From: Lama guanicoe
Lineage: Eukaryota
Length of the DNA stretch: 64,000 nt
Assembly (NCBI GenBank): GCA_013239625.1
Contig: MU053487.1
Location: 3,059,058 to 3,123,057 of the forward strand
Direction: 5' to 3'
The position numbers and the translations under genes were made by a program. The notes below the pieces were generated by a model. It worked only from the letters and a program-made list of their open reading frames with translations. It was not told the DNA's origin and made no database searches. Shown piece by piece: positions 26,181-38,340 of the stretch. Within the stretch, counting starts at the first letter, position 1. Every line of letters starts with the position of its first letter.

Positions 26181-29160
26181 AGTATTGCCCCAGTCTCACA
26201 AGGATGGGCTTTGTCCTGGCCAGACCTGATGTTCATCTTGCCTGGTTTTCGCTTCTCAGGCAGGGTGAAAAGCAAAGGAGTAAGTCTAAAGATTTAGGTT
26301 TAGGGCTAAGATGTGGTTTCTCCTGAGCTTTACAAAGTTCCTGAAATCAAGCTTAACAGGATGATTTTTTCCCCCATTGTTAGAGTAAAACTACCATCAA
26401 ACATTTGGAAAATAGAGAAGGGAGAAACATAAATACCCAGAGTCTGACAGTTACTGTTACATGGTAATGTATTTTTGCCAGTCTTTTCCCTGTTACAGTC
26501 TCTTTTCATTTGTCTTGCACAGTTATGATGAAGTCCGATGTACAACTGTTTATCTAGATTTTTTTGATCCAATGTTATAAGATAAACATTTGTCCATTAA
26601 AATACAGACTTTGATTTTATGTATCAGCTGAAACCCTTTTCCCAGAAGTTTATGAGCAAATGAAGGGCCTTCCGGATGATAGTTGGCGGAGAGGCAGCAG
26701 CTGGGGTGGAAGGCAGCAGTGTCATGAGACCCAGACAGCCCCACCTTGACCTTCCAGGAACAGTGAGTGCCAAGGGTTGGGTGAGGCGCTCGCTGGTCCT
26801 GAGCAAGTCCATCCATTTTCCCAGCTAGCCTAATTTTTAGAGCACCAGCCCAACCCGCAATTAGAAAGACCTCAGCCTCCTGGAGGTTCCTGCAGACCCT
26901 AGTACTGACTTCAGTTAGCAGAAGGAGGCCTGGACCCTCCCATATTCCTGGACACGAGACACTTGGGCTGCTTCAGCTCTTCCTGCAGAGAGGGGAGAAC
27001 CTGAGTGAGCTGCCAGATCCTGCCAGGTGGCTTGGCTAGTAGTCATCCCACAGGTCTATTTGGAGCTGCTGCACAGCAGATAGTCATATGGTGGAAAGTC
27101 TCAGTGGCTCGCTGGCTCCAGATTCAGGATTTTTTTTTTTTAGCATGTTAAGTTAGTTACTGGGAAGAGGGATGTGATCTGAGGATGAGAACAGGATCTG
27201 GGAAGGTGCATTTTGCCGAGCTGTTTACTGCCCAGCCTGCATGTCATGTCAACTGCTCTGTGTCTCCAAACACCCAGCTTGTTTCCTTGCAGAGAGATGT
27301 GCTATCAGCCGGGGAAGGGACGGTTTTTCCTGCCTCTGATAAACTGTTTGAGTGTGGCATAAGAACAGAAACACCCAAAGTCACAACAAGACAGCTGAGT
27401 CGGTCATTTCTGTTCAGTGTAAGTTTATTGCAGTGCTTTTCTCCCCACTTGGCATATTCCCTCCTTCTCAATCTGACCTAAGTTGTTTCCAGATTGTCTT
27501 CAGCATGTGAGCAGGGAAAGCACCCACCCTGGAAATGGGCCCGCTTGGGTTTGGACCTGGGCACACACACAATCACCCACTCACTGTATTTTCTCAGCAG
27601 TAAAATGGAAGCAGTAACATCTATCTCCTGGGGTAGCCGTGAAGGTTACTGAGAGGAGGATGGCAAAGTCCTGGAACCTGGAGGTCCCCCGGTAAACAGC
27701 GCGCATTATCGCTCCACCACAGTGGGAGGCCGCTGTGCCCGGTGGCCTGGCATGTGGGGCCTGAAATGAGGACACGGGTGCCTTGGGATGTGCCCCCGGA
27801 GATCCGCAAAGAAGATAGAACAGCCAGTTTTTCCAGGGACGTGTGGTTCTAAAGCTCATCATTAGCGAATGAGGATCTCTCGCTCACACTGACTGGGCCA
27901 CGTGCCTGAACCCAGGCCCAGGACCATCGGTGCTTGTGGAGTTGCTGGCAAAGCAGCCTTTCAGTCTTTTTCAGAATTTCCATCGGAATGCATTTGGTTT
28001 TGCTGCTGGCAGAGGAGTACCCCCAAGACTCTAACCAAAGATTCTGTGATCTTTTTAAGAGGGAAGGTGTACAAAATCACTATACAGATCACTCAAGTGT
28101 ACAAAAAGGAATCATGCCAGGATTGCTTTGTGGGAGATAAACTCCAGCAGTTATCATGTGGACTTAATGATTTCCTACAGTGGTGATTTTCCCATTAACC
28201 CCGAGCGAGGGCCTTTTGCCTGTGGTCTCTACTCAGCGCCGCTGACCCACCCAGATGTGGTATGTGGTGGGACAGCCCCGGCTGCATTCCCAGGCAGAAC
28301 GCCCCAGCACCTCCAAGTTGTCAGTCTCCTCCCCTTAGGTGTGTTTCTCATCTGTACTAATTTTTGCCTTTTATTTCTGACTTGTGGCAGCTTGTCTAGA
28401 GCCCTGGATATCAGAAAGGATCCAGCCCTCCCTCTGGAGACTTAGTCCAGGACAGGACAGGGGATGAGTCCGTGGCACAGTATTGCCCCGGGTCGCACGA
28501 AGATGGGCTTTGTCCTGGCCGGCCCTGATGTTCTCTGCCACATCTCCTGCTGTTTCTGTTTGTAGGGTGATAGAAGACTTCAGCCCTGAGCTCTGTGGGT
28601 CCAGACCCTCATCAGTTTCTTGGCAAAGAGGGCTGCTTTGTGCCTTCACATGTCTTATTCTTAACCCGTGAAGTTAGTCCTTTCTTTCCACGGTGAGCAG
28701 AGAATGTCCAGGAACGCAGTTTCAAAGTGACTCTTCCTTGGTGCCCTTAACAGAGGAGTGCTTCTCAGGGAGTGTCAAGTCTGATTTGTGCCTGAAAGGA
28801 TCTGTGTTTTGAAGTAGCGCTTAGCGCAAGGTTGGAAGACTTAATCTGCTGAGTTCAGGAATGCAGATGGCGCCTGACGCCAAGGATGGGTCAGTTAATG
28901 AGCAAGCAAGCATTCCCCCACTGGGCTGAGGTCAGAGGAACTCTGTCCAGCCAGCAGGAGTGGGCTCCATCGACCATCTGTCCCTCTAGGATTCACATAA
29001 CAATCTTTTAGAGAAACTTTCCGGCGCCCCTGGTCTTAGCCTGAGTAGGTCTCCTGGTATCCGGGACTCCGGGGCGACTGTATGTTCGAGTTTTCACGTT
29101 GCATGACAGCTGTGAGTTCCCGCTGCTGTTGGCTGCAGTGTGCCCTATCTCTCTTTCCAG

Positions 29161-29315
29161 CATCCCAGTGCAGCGTCAGCCTGAAGAAACAGAGGAGCCG
29201 CAGCATCCTCAGCTCCTTCTTCTGCTGCTTCCGTGATTACAATGTGGAGGCCCCGCCAGGCAGCGGCCCCAGTGTGCTTCCGCCGCTGGTGGAGGAGAAC
29301 GGTGGGCTTCAGAAG
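29161..29315 (+). CDS. CTDSPL: CTDSPL coding exon 2 (155 nt)
   Basis: Acceptor ctctttccag|, donor AAG|gtcagt. Translates (A)[51 protein letters not shown], recognisable CTDSPL N-terminal region. Phase-1 start; exon 1 is outside the window. Confidence 0.97.
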
Positions 29316-29639
29316 GTCAGTGCCAATGCGGAAGGAACCGCAGGAGCCGCATGTCTGTCCCCGCCCTGATGAGCAGCCTTAAGAATCTGTGGCAGTATGT
29401 CTGCAGCCACTTACTTAAAGATTTGAAATTACAAAAAAGGCTTTTTTTTTTTTGGTTAAAGGATATGTCAGTTATTCCCATTGAGCAACTAAAGAACATA
29501 TTTGATGCGAATTATAAGACACTTCCCATTTTTATAACATTCTCCCATGAGAAGTTGAATGCATGAAATAGAGAGTTAAAGAACCAGGAGCAGACAGAGA
29601 AATGGAAAGGCTAGAGGAGAAGCAGAGACTTGGAAAAGA

Positions 29640-30790
29640 GCCAATAAAAAATAGAAATGGATTTAACTACCTTGTTTGATAACAGATATATTTGATATAT
29701 ATTCTTGCATATGTATCAAATAAAAGATGTTAAGTCAGAGTATCACAATAGGTTAGAAAGAACAAATTCTACCCACATGCTGTCTAACAGACGTATTTGA
29801 AACAGAATGACTCAGAACAGTTCAAAGTAAAAGAATGAGCAAAAAGACATCACACAAACATAAAGAAAAAGAAAGCAAGGGTTACAATAGTCATCTCAGT
29901 CAAAATAGAATTTCAGGTAAAATCACTGAGTCAAAGGAGATTATTCATTATGAAGATAGTCAGGATCAAGGACACCAAAGTCTTAAAACTTTATGTCCCA
30001 AATAACATGAGCAAAGGGCATGAACAGGCATTTCACAAAATAAGAAATACGGTTGGTCAGTAAACATGAAAGAATGTTCAGTATGGTCAGTAATCAAGGA
30101 AATGCAAACTGAAACAATGAGATACCATTTTCTGTCTATCAAATTATGAAAAGATTTTTTAAAGGTAATATTTGAGTGTGGCATGGGAGTAGTAAGAGAG
30201 TGGAGGATATAAATTGGTTATTGGTAGGACTACATTGGCTGCACCTTTCTGGGGGGATATTTGGCAGTATGATCTCCAAACCTTAAAAATGTGCCTATTC
30301 CTTCACCCAGGCAGTTCCAGGTTATTGACATAATCATGGATATGCAAAGATTTAACCCTAAGATACCCTCCAGCATAGATTATAATATTGCAGAATTATG
30401 AACAACCTGATGATTAACATTAGACTGTAAAAGACATAGAATAACCATACAGTCAACTAGTGTGCAGCTGTTAAAAGTGAAGTCTCATAAATATAACGAA
30501 TACAGGGAAAGGCTCACAATGTATCTCCTAGAGGGAGAAGGTTAAAATGCAGTAGGCAAGTATATTTATAAGTATGCATATGGTCATAAGTGCATACACA
30601 CACACACACGCACAGGCATTATAAGACTAGAATGATGTATGTCAAAATATGAAGAGGTAGGATATGTGTAGGGTTTTCTCCTCTGTGCTTTATTTCTTTT
30701 TCTTTCTCTCTCTTTTTTTTATTTTCCCAATTTTCACAAAATAAGCTTAAATTACTTTTGTGGTTAGAAAATAGATTATTCTAAAAGTAC
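29640..30790 (+). mobile_element. Ancient L1M remnants (ORF2 endonuclease start and 3' portion)
   Basis: aagaaagcaagggttacaatagtcatctcagtcaaaatagaattt (KKAGVAI..SDKIDF-like); aaggaaatgcaaactgaaacaatgagataccatttt. Confidence 0.7.
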
Positions 30791-31329
30791 ACGTGAATGT
30801 AAGGAAGAGGACTCTGAGAAGACGACAGCTCAAACACGTGACTCTGACCCTTTAAGTTCCCTCTCTGGATAAACCCACGTGAGCCTGTGGGTGGAGCCTG
30901 GGAAGTACATTATGGCCTCCAATTTTCCTGACATCTCCAAGGGAAAGAGTAGACACAGGATTCATTCTCTTGGATACTCACAGAGAAGCAGGGAGCCAGC
31001 AACAGAGGAAAATGCTTCCTCTCTTGCAGTCTTAGGACAGAGACTTGAAATGCATAGTCCTGTGAGATCAGCCAGCCAGCGGAGCCTGGGGTCCCCACTT
31101 GAGGTGCGTGGCCCTCAGAGAGACTTCACTGATGAGCTGAATTGCTTGCAGTTCTGATGCCTGGAGGAGCCCAGTGGTGCAGGGACTTTCTCCGTCTCTT
31201 GTGCTTTGTCACTTTGGGCTCTGCTAGACCATGGAGACAGCTTGGCCTTGCAGCACTCCCTCACAGTTTACCACTGCCGTGGAAGTCCTCGTTGAACAAC
31301 GAGAATGTGAAGCCCCTACTGAGGTAAAA

Positions 31330-32100
31330 CTACTGGAAGAGATAGAAGAAAACTTCAACAGACTGCTCAGAAAATGATATTTCAAGAAATAAATTTTGAC
31401 TACAAAAATAACTTTTGAGGGGGTGGGTATAGCTCAGTGGTAGAGCGAATGCTTAGCATGCATGAGGTCTTGAGTTCAATCCTCAGTACCTCTATTTAAA
31501 AAAAAAAACTTTCAGAACTTGAAAAAGATCCCCTGATTTCTAAATACAAAAATTTAATATATGAACCAAGAAAAAGCGTGAGAATGGTCACTACTGAGAA
31601 CTGCATTAGTTTTCTGGAAGAGCAAGTGGAAGAAATATCTTGCAATTCAGACCAGAAACAGAGAAATGGTCATTGTGAGAGAGGGGAAGAGGCATCTGGG
31701 AGACCTAACATGCAGATAATAGGAATTCCAGAAAGAGAAAAAATAATAGAAGGAATTTTCCTTAAGCCGAAAGAAGGCTCGAATGTGCAGATTGAACGTC
31801 TGTAGCAGGATTAGCGGGGGCAATCGGGGAAGCACACGCCTGGATGTTATGCTGATGAAATGCTGAAATTTAAGTATAAAGAGAAAGTCTTACAAGCTAC
31901 CAGAACAAGATGTTTTCAAAGAAAAGAGAATTACACTAGCACCGACTTTGTATCAGCAATACCGCAAGCCAGAAGACTACAGAAAAACGTTTACAGACTC
32001 CTGAGAGAAAAGTTACAAATTTAAAGTTCTCTATGTGACCAATGTGTCATTTATCTATTAAACGAAGAAGTAATGGTTTCCGACATGTAATGATTCAGAG
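31330..32100 (+). mobile_element. Ancient L1/HAL1 ORF1-like remnant
   Basis: ORF 31578-31805 contains LEEQVEEIS...RPNMQIIGIPE, resembling the L1 ORF1p coiled-coil/RRM junction. Confidence 0.7.
31419..31508 (+). mobile_element. Vic-1-like SINE (short tail)
   Basis: gggggtgggtatagctcagtggtagagcgaatgcttagcatg...poly-A. Confidence 0.92.
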
Positions 32101-32159
32101 GGGGCAAAAAAAAAATCTTGGTGAGATCGATATTCAGTTATGATATAAGTATAGAAAAT

Positions 32160-32640
32160 GTAGGAATAAATATAATTATTATGGATAGAACTGTGACAGT
32201 AGCACAATTCGAAAATAGGTTCACATCCAATCATCAGGAAACTTGAAAAACCCAAACTGAGAGACATTCTATAAATTAACTGACCTGAATTCTTCAGATA
32301 TGTTGTGGGTGTCATAACAAACAAACAAGCAAACCCAAAAGAAAGGCCGAGGAACTATTCTGGATTGAGGAAACTAAACAGACAAGACAACTAAATATAA
32401 AATGTGAAACTGGACTGGTTTTCATATGGGAGGAAACTGCTTTGGGGGAACATCATGGGAACAAGTGGATGAACGTGGAATATGGAAAGTAGGTAAGAGA
32501 AACATATCAATGTTAAATTTTCTAAATTTGATCATTGTACTGGGGTATGGAATTAACATTGCACAGGAGTTATCCTTGTTCATAGAAAATACACATGTAA
32601 GTGTTAAGGAATAAAAGAAATGACACACACAAAAGAAAAA
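32160..32640 (+). mobile_element. L1MC/MD-type 3' end
   Basis: aaacccaaactgagagacattctata...tatcaatgttaaattttctaaatttgatcattgtactg...agaaaatacaca. Confidence 0.65.
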
Positions 32641-32669
32641 AAAAGAAAGAAAAGAAAATAGGTTCTCAA

Positions 32670-32830
32670 GGGGGCCCCACGTGGTAGAGCACGTGCTCAG
32701 CATGCATAAGGTCCTGGGTTCAATCCCCAGGACCTCCTCTAAAAATAAATAAATAAAATAAATTACCCCCCCCAAAAAAGAAAAAGGAACGTAAGAACAG
32801 AGAAGATAGACATTAATTTTTTTTAAAATG
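32670..32830 (+). mobile_element. Vic-1-like SINE with altered 5' head
   Basis: gtggtagagcacgtgctcagcatgcataaggtcctgggttcaatcccc; TSD aaagaaaataggttctcaag / aaagaaaatagatcctcaag. Confidence 0.88.
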
Positions 32831-33691
32831 AAAGAAAATAGATCCTCAAGAATTTACAGAGAATGAAAGGGGAAATAAGCAGAATTGTGAACCAGACTTC
32901 AAAATTAAGAAAAGGGAAAAATAACATAATAAGTAGTAAACCTCACATAAAGAGTAGGCATGAAGCCAAGTTTAATGAATCAAATTCTCCTAACAGAAGG
33001 CCAAGACTGTATCAGTTGACTGTACAAATTCATCTGGATGCTGTTTCCAAGAATATACCTGTATCAGATGGGAATGATTTTGGCAGCAAGTAAACGAAAA
33101 CTGACAAATAATAACTTAAACAAATAGGAGATTGTTTTTCTCATGTGAAAAGCCTGATTCTGGCAGTTGCTGGGCTTTAGTTTAAATACCTGGTGATGCC
33201 ATCAGGGACCCAGACTCTCTGTTCTTGTGTCTTTTGATCTTTCTTCTCTACTGTCATTGGCAGCTTTGCCTTCATCCTCACGCATGTTTATTATCTCAAA
33301 GTCACAGTCTTCGGACAGCATATCTACGTTTACGGGAGGAAGAGAGGGAGGAGTAGCACTAGCCAGGTCCGTCCTGTTGATGGAAAGTAAATGCTTTCAC
33401 AGGAAACCCGAGGAGACTTCTGCTTGTGTCTTATTGGCCAGAACTTTGCCGCATGGCTGCCCTCCTGAAAAGGGAAGGACTTAGAGCTGCAGATTCCTGC
33501 TCCCAACAAAATCAGAGCTCTTTTCACAAAAGAGAAAAGAGGAGTGACTACTGAGTAGATGTACTAGTCAGTGTGAGTTGAGTTATGCCGCAGTAACAAC
33601 CCCAAATCCTCAGAGGCTTAAAGCAATGCAGGTTTATTTGTCATTCATGTTGAATGTTTATCATGAGTTGGCTGGGCTTTATGTTCTGTGA

Positions 33692-33960
33692 CAGTGTCCC
33701 ATAGAAATAGAGTGGGAGCCACATACGTAATTTAAGTTCTTCTGGTAGCCTCATTTTTTTAAATCTTTTTTAAAAACATGAAATGGATTTTAATAGTAGA
33801 TTTTATTTAACCCAATATATCCAATAGAATAAAATTACTAATGAAATAAAATTTACATTCTTTTATCTTACTAACTCTTCAAAATCTGGTATATATTTTA
33901 CACTTACAACACATCTTAATTTGGACTTGGCGCTTGTGATTAATAGGTACCGTTACTGTA
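33692..33960 (+). mobile_element. MER33-like hAT-Charlie DNA transposon
   Basis: gagccacatacgtaattt...ttttatttaacccaatatatccaa...ttttacacttacaacacatcttaatttggact. Confidence 0.8.
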
Positions 33961-34132
33961 TTACCTAACTGTCTTATCCAGTTGCCCAAAATAAAAGTCC
34001 GCAACCCCTGGCCAGAGGCTAGGAGGAGCTGGCATCCAGAAGACCCCAAGGGCAGAGACCATGAAGGACTTCTAAGGGCGAGGACAGGGTGAAGGCAGTT
34101 GCTGGACACTCAGTAATATGTGCATGTCCCAT

Positions 34133-34134
<2 letters not shown>

Positions 34135-34173
<39 letters not shown>
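34135..34173. repeat. (AC)19 microsatellite
   Basis: Perfect dinucleotide run. Confidence 0.95.
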
Positions 34174-34176
<3 letters not shown>

Positions 34177-34350
34177 CTGCAAGTAATTTTCAAGTCCAAA
34201 TACCTGTCTAGCGTATTTGGTCGTGGTCTGTGTTTTGTCAAGCCCTTCCAAACTAGCCGTCTGGTGTTATCATCTCTCACCTCCCTGATGTGCTCACCTC
34301 ATCGGAAGGTGCACCTTTGTGTTGGAGGTGCTTACCCTCTCCCACTAGCG

Positions 34351-34565
34351 CAGTGGTTTTCAAGTGGAGATGACTTTGCCCCCAGCAAACATTTGGCAGT
34401 TTTTAAATTGCCACTACTAGATGTCAGGAGAAACCCCTTCTACTAGGGTTTCTACTGGTGGAGGCCAGGCATGCTGCAGTGGAGTGTCCTGCAACGCGTG
34501 GGACGGCCCCCACAGCAAAGAGCTGTCAGGCCCCGAATGTCAGTAGTGCAAGGTTGAGAGCCCTG
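34351..34565 (+). mobile_element. MER20 hAT-Charlie DNA transposon
   Basis: TIR-like ends cagtggttttcaa ... ttgagagccctg; internal gaggccaggcatgctgc, cccccacagcaaaga, aatgtcagtagtgc. Confidence 0.82.
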
Positions 34566-34896
34566 CTCTACAGTGACCCAACGGGCTTGTGAGCTTCTGT
34601 GTAAACTCTTCCCCCATCAAGCTCCAGATGTTGGGAACAACATTGTTTAAGAGCTTCTGAAATGAACTTCTCTGCATAAATTCTTGAAAACTGAGATTTG
34701 GTTTGATTGTGCCATTGTGCTGGAGAGCAGCACAGCTCTGCCTTGAATCGTGGCCGAAGGCAGTTTCTGCATCCTTAAGACAAGCCCCAGGTGTCGTGAG
34801 GAAGGAAAGAGCCCTCACGATCATCTCAGGAGGAAACAGTAGTTGTTATGCTGCAGAGGTGATGACCAGGGGCTGGAGATCATCAAGAAGTTGCTG

Positions 34897-34997
34897 CAGG
34901 GAGGGTAATAGCTCGGTGGTAGAGTGCGTGTTTAGCATGTGTGAGGTTCTCTGGGTTCAATCCTCAGTACCTCCATTAATAAAGTTTTTTTAAAAAA
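34897..34997 (+). mobile_element. Vic-1-like SINE with perfect 12-bp TSD
   Basis: TSD aagaagttgctg at 34885-34896 and 34998-35009. Confidence 0.92.
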
Positions 34998-35964
34998 AAG
35001 AAGTTGCTGAAAGGTTCTTAGAGGCAGAACAGAGCTTAGAAAGGTGCCAGCCACCTGCCACTGTTGACAGTCAGGTTTGGCTTCTTCCCACGAGACCCCT
35101 GTCTCCAGTGACCCCCTCAGTGGAGATGGATACACTTTCACAGATACTTCGACATGGGAGACGTGAAACCGTACGTCTTATCAGGGACTATGACCGTGCG
35201 ATTCATTACCTCCCATCCACCATCTGAAAAAGAAGCACAGAAACTGGAAATTCTCAATGGAGATACATTTGTTCTTTTATTAGCATTTCTTAATGATGCT
35301 AAAATGAAGTGTTTCCATCAGGTTTGGAATGTCTGGCATTCTGGGGATGAGGAATGGTTGAGGCCCTTTCTTGGGGCCTGAATTTTCTTAGCACTCCCTA
35401 TAAATACAGGCTTTATTCCCCTTAATGGGAAAGCTGTCCCATGTCTCTGGCTTCAGAGGGAACTCCTTGCACCTTGCCTGTCCCCTCTGTCCAGTCTTGC
35501 CCTGGAAAGAGGACCAGAGGTGGCCAGGGGGTTCCTTGTAATCTGGTAACACTGTCTTCCTTTCCCTGCATATTTAGTTTCTTAGAGAAAAACTTACTTA
35601 AAAGAAGAATCAGGCCGGTCATTAGAGGAATTCATGGATCGAAGTATAGTATGGGTTTTCGTTTTCATGTTTCAATAAAAGATTAAATTCCTGGGAGTAA
35701 AGGAGGCACTATTTAAATAAAAAAGACGATTTATGAGCCTCAGGAACCTGGCCTGGTATGTCAGTGAAGGGGGGGACCTTGGGAGGCAGAGTGAGCCCAG
35801 TGCTCTGACTGTGGAATATGTTGGGTGTTCATTCAATACCACCAAGGTGCAGAGAACGGGAAATCACATGACTGCTGTACTCAGGAGTGTTTTGAAGTTT
35901 CTTTTGAGTATATGATCTACTTCTCTTTAAACCTGACAATGATTTTTTTTTTCTTTTTCTCCAG

Positions 35965-35997
35965 GGTGACCAGAGGCAGGTCATTCCCATACCAAGT
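35965..35997 (+). CDS. CTDSPL: CTDSPL coding exon 3 (33-nt microexon)
   Basis: Long pyrimidine tract ending ctccag|, branch-like ctgac at 35933-35937, donor AGT|gtatgt. Encodes GDQRQVIPIPS; phase 0/0. Confidence 0.95.
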
Positions 35998-36830
35998 GTA
36001 TGTATATTTTATTTGTGATATAATATGTGGTTTTATTTAAACATTCATAGAATCTTGTAGCTTTGGGCCTACTAATATAAAAGAATTTTTTTAATGTTCT
36101 TGTTTATATTGACTTTTTATCATGTGGTATAAACAGGTCTGTTCTGTTTTTTTTAAAAAAAATGAAGCTGCATTTTAAACTGAGCAGGAAGTTCTGTACA
36201 GTTTCCTGTCTCAGGAACAGCAGGGCAACCAGCATCTATTCACCAAATCCTCACCTTTCTCTCTGCGAAGGGCCTCCATGTCTCTGAATAAGCTGAGGCC
36301 ACACTCCTGCGCTCCATAGACTGGGAGAACTTACTTTTGCCCCAGGAGGCTTTTTTGCAACAGGTTCTGTCCCAGTGGAACTGAGTTCACAAGACTTCCA
36401 TCCCAGGGGAGCAGACCATTTCTGACTGTTCAACAGTGTCGGTAGCTTGGCCGTGGCCCTGTGATAAGAAACACTACCCCAATTTTTTGCCCTGAACTTG
36501 CAGGACCACCACCACCCACCCCGGACTCCCACAGCCTAGCTGTACTGAGACCCTGCCAGCCAGGCACTCCCTTGGGCCACCAACTTCTGTTTTCAACCCT
36601 GGAATTTGGCTGAAACCAGTGCACTTGTGCACTAGCTGCGCCCGTGTTTGGCCCCAGCACAGACTGGACCAGCCACCCCTCAGACAGCCGCCGACCCCAC
36701 GGCTCCTTCTCTCCCCTCTGCTCTGCCAGCCGAGCTGAGTAGCCTGAGGCCAGGCAGCAGGAAGCAGACCAATGATCAGCTCCCAAAAGAAACTTGCAAT
36801 TGAGATGTTCATATCAAACGAGATCTTTCA

Positions 36831-36970
36831 GAGGAAGGGTAGTGCTCAGTGGTAGTGTGCGTGCTTAGCATGCGTGCAGTCCTGGGTTCAATCCCTAGTA
36901 CTTCCATTTAAATGCATACATACATACATACCTGATTACCTCCCCCTAAACAAAACAAATAAATAAAAAC
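36831..36970 (+). mobile_element. Vic-1-like SINE
   Basis: Degenerate tRNA head and (TACA)n tail; TSD gagatctttca at 36820-36830 and 36975-36985. Confidence 0.9.
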
Positions 36971-37599
36971 AAGTGAGATCTTTCATAATACTGTGTCCTT
37001 AGGGTTTGGATTATTAAAGGTGTCCATAAATTGATATTTTAATCCATCCAGATTCTCTGATTCAGGTTGTCTGATTCAAATCTGATCAGCTATCTTTCCA
37101 TGGACCTTTTCCACATATATTCTGGGAACATTCAAGAGATACAGCGATCTTACATTGAAAGGAATGATGGATTTCGTTAGTACAGGCTGACTCCAAATTT
37201 GGTCATGCATGTCACTTAAAAATTGCCCCCCAAAATTTTTGATAATTTCATTTTTCTCACAACTTTACCTCTTCATTGATGAACAAGTTGCAAGGGTTTG
37301 TGGAGTGATTCTGACTTTGCCAGCATGCCTGAGGGTTGAGGGTTGGGCTTTGTTGGGAAACTGATCAAAAAGATGGATCAATCAGCACGACTTCTTAGCC
37401 AGTGTTTGAGTAGGATACCCAGTGGGATTGATACCAGGGATCTCTGTTTAATCTTGCTGTGAAGTAGATTCATGTATTTTTCCTGCAGAAGTGTTGACAT
37501 TCAACAGGTGGCACCTCTCCCCTGACCTCTGATACTCTGATAGTACTGTTTTTTACTCCAAGTTAATTCACAGCTGTCATCTGGATGATCAGGTACTAG

Positions 37600-38340
37600 T
37601 TATGGCAATGCTAGATCAAAGGATATATTTTTACATATTTAGTAGATTAAAGCCAGGTTATCCTCTGAAAACCTGATTTACATTCCCACCAAGAGTGTAT
37701 GGGATTGCCCATTCCCTTATCAAAAGTGGTAATTATCAATATTTTAATCTTTGCTATTCTGAAAGTAAAGAATAGCATCAGTTTATTGCTTTGGCTTGCA
37801 TTTCTTCATCAGTGAGTATGAATGTCTTGTTACAAATTTACTGCCCATATGTATTTCTTCCTCCCCATTCATTTCTTCTAGATTTTTTACTGTTACCTGT
37901 TTAAACTTCAGGGAAATTAGCACTTTCCTCCAAATTTATGATCTGTCTTTTGGCCTTGTTTATAATCATTTTGGCCACAAAGAAGTTTAATTTTACAGAG
38001 GGAAATTTGTTCCTCTTATCTTACCCTTTTAATTAATCTAAAGGCTCCTGAACTTTGTCATGCTTAGAAAGATCTCCCCACTATCTAACTGTGACCCACA
38101 TAGTCTCCTAGTATTTTATTTATTTTATTTATTTTTTCTCCTAGTATTTTAATGGTTTCATCATTACACTGAAATCTTTGCTCCATCTGGATTATGTTGG
38201 TGTCAGGCATGGGGTAGCACTCCAGCTTTATTTCCTTTTCCAGGTGGCAAGTCAGTTGTCTCAGCATTATTTATTAAGTACCCCATCTTTTGTGCACCTA
38301 TTGGAAAGACATCTTTATCTGGACTTGATCTTAAACGTTC
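37600..38340 (-). mobile_element. Ancient L1M(E) fragment
   Basis: tttacattcccaccaagagtgtatg, ttgcatttcttcatcagtgag, cagttgtctcagcattatttatt. Confidence 0.7.
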
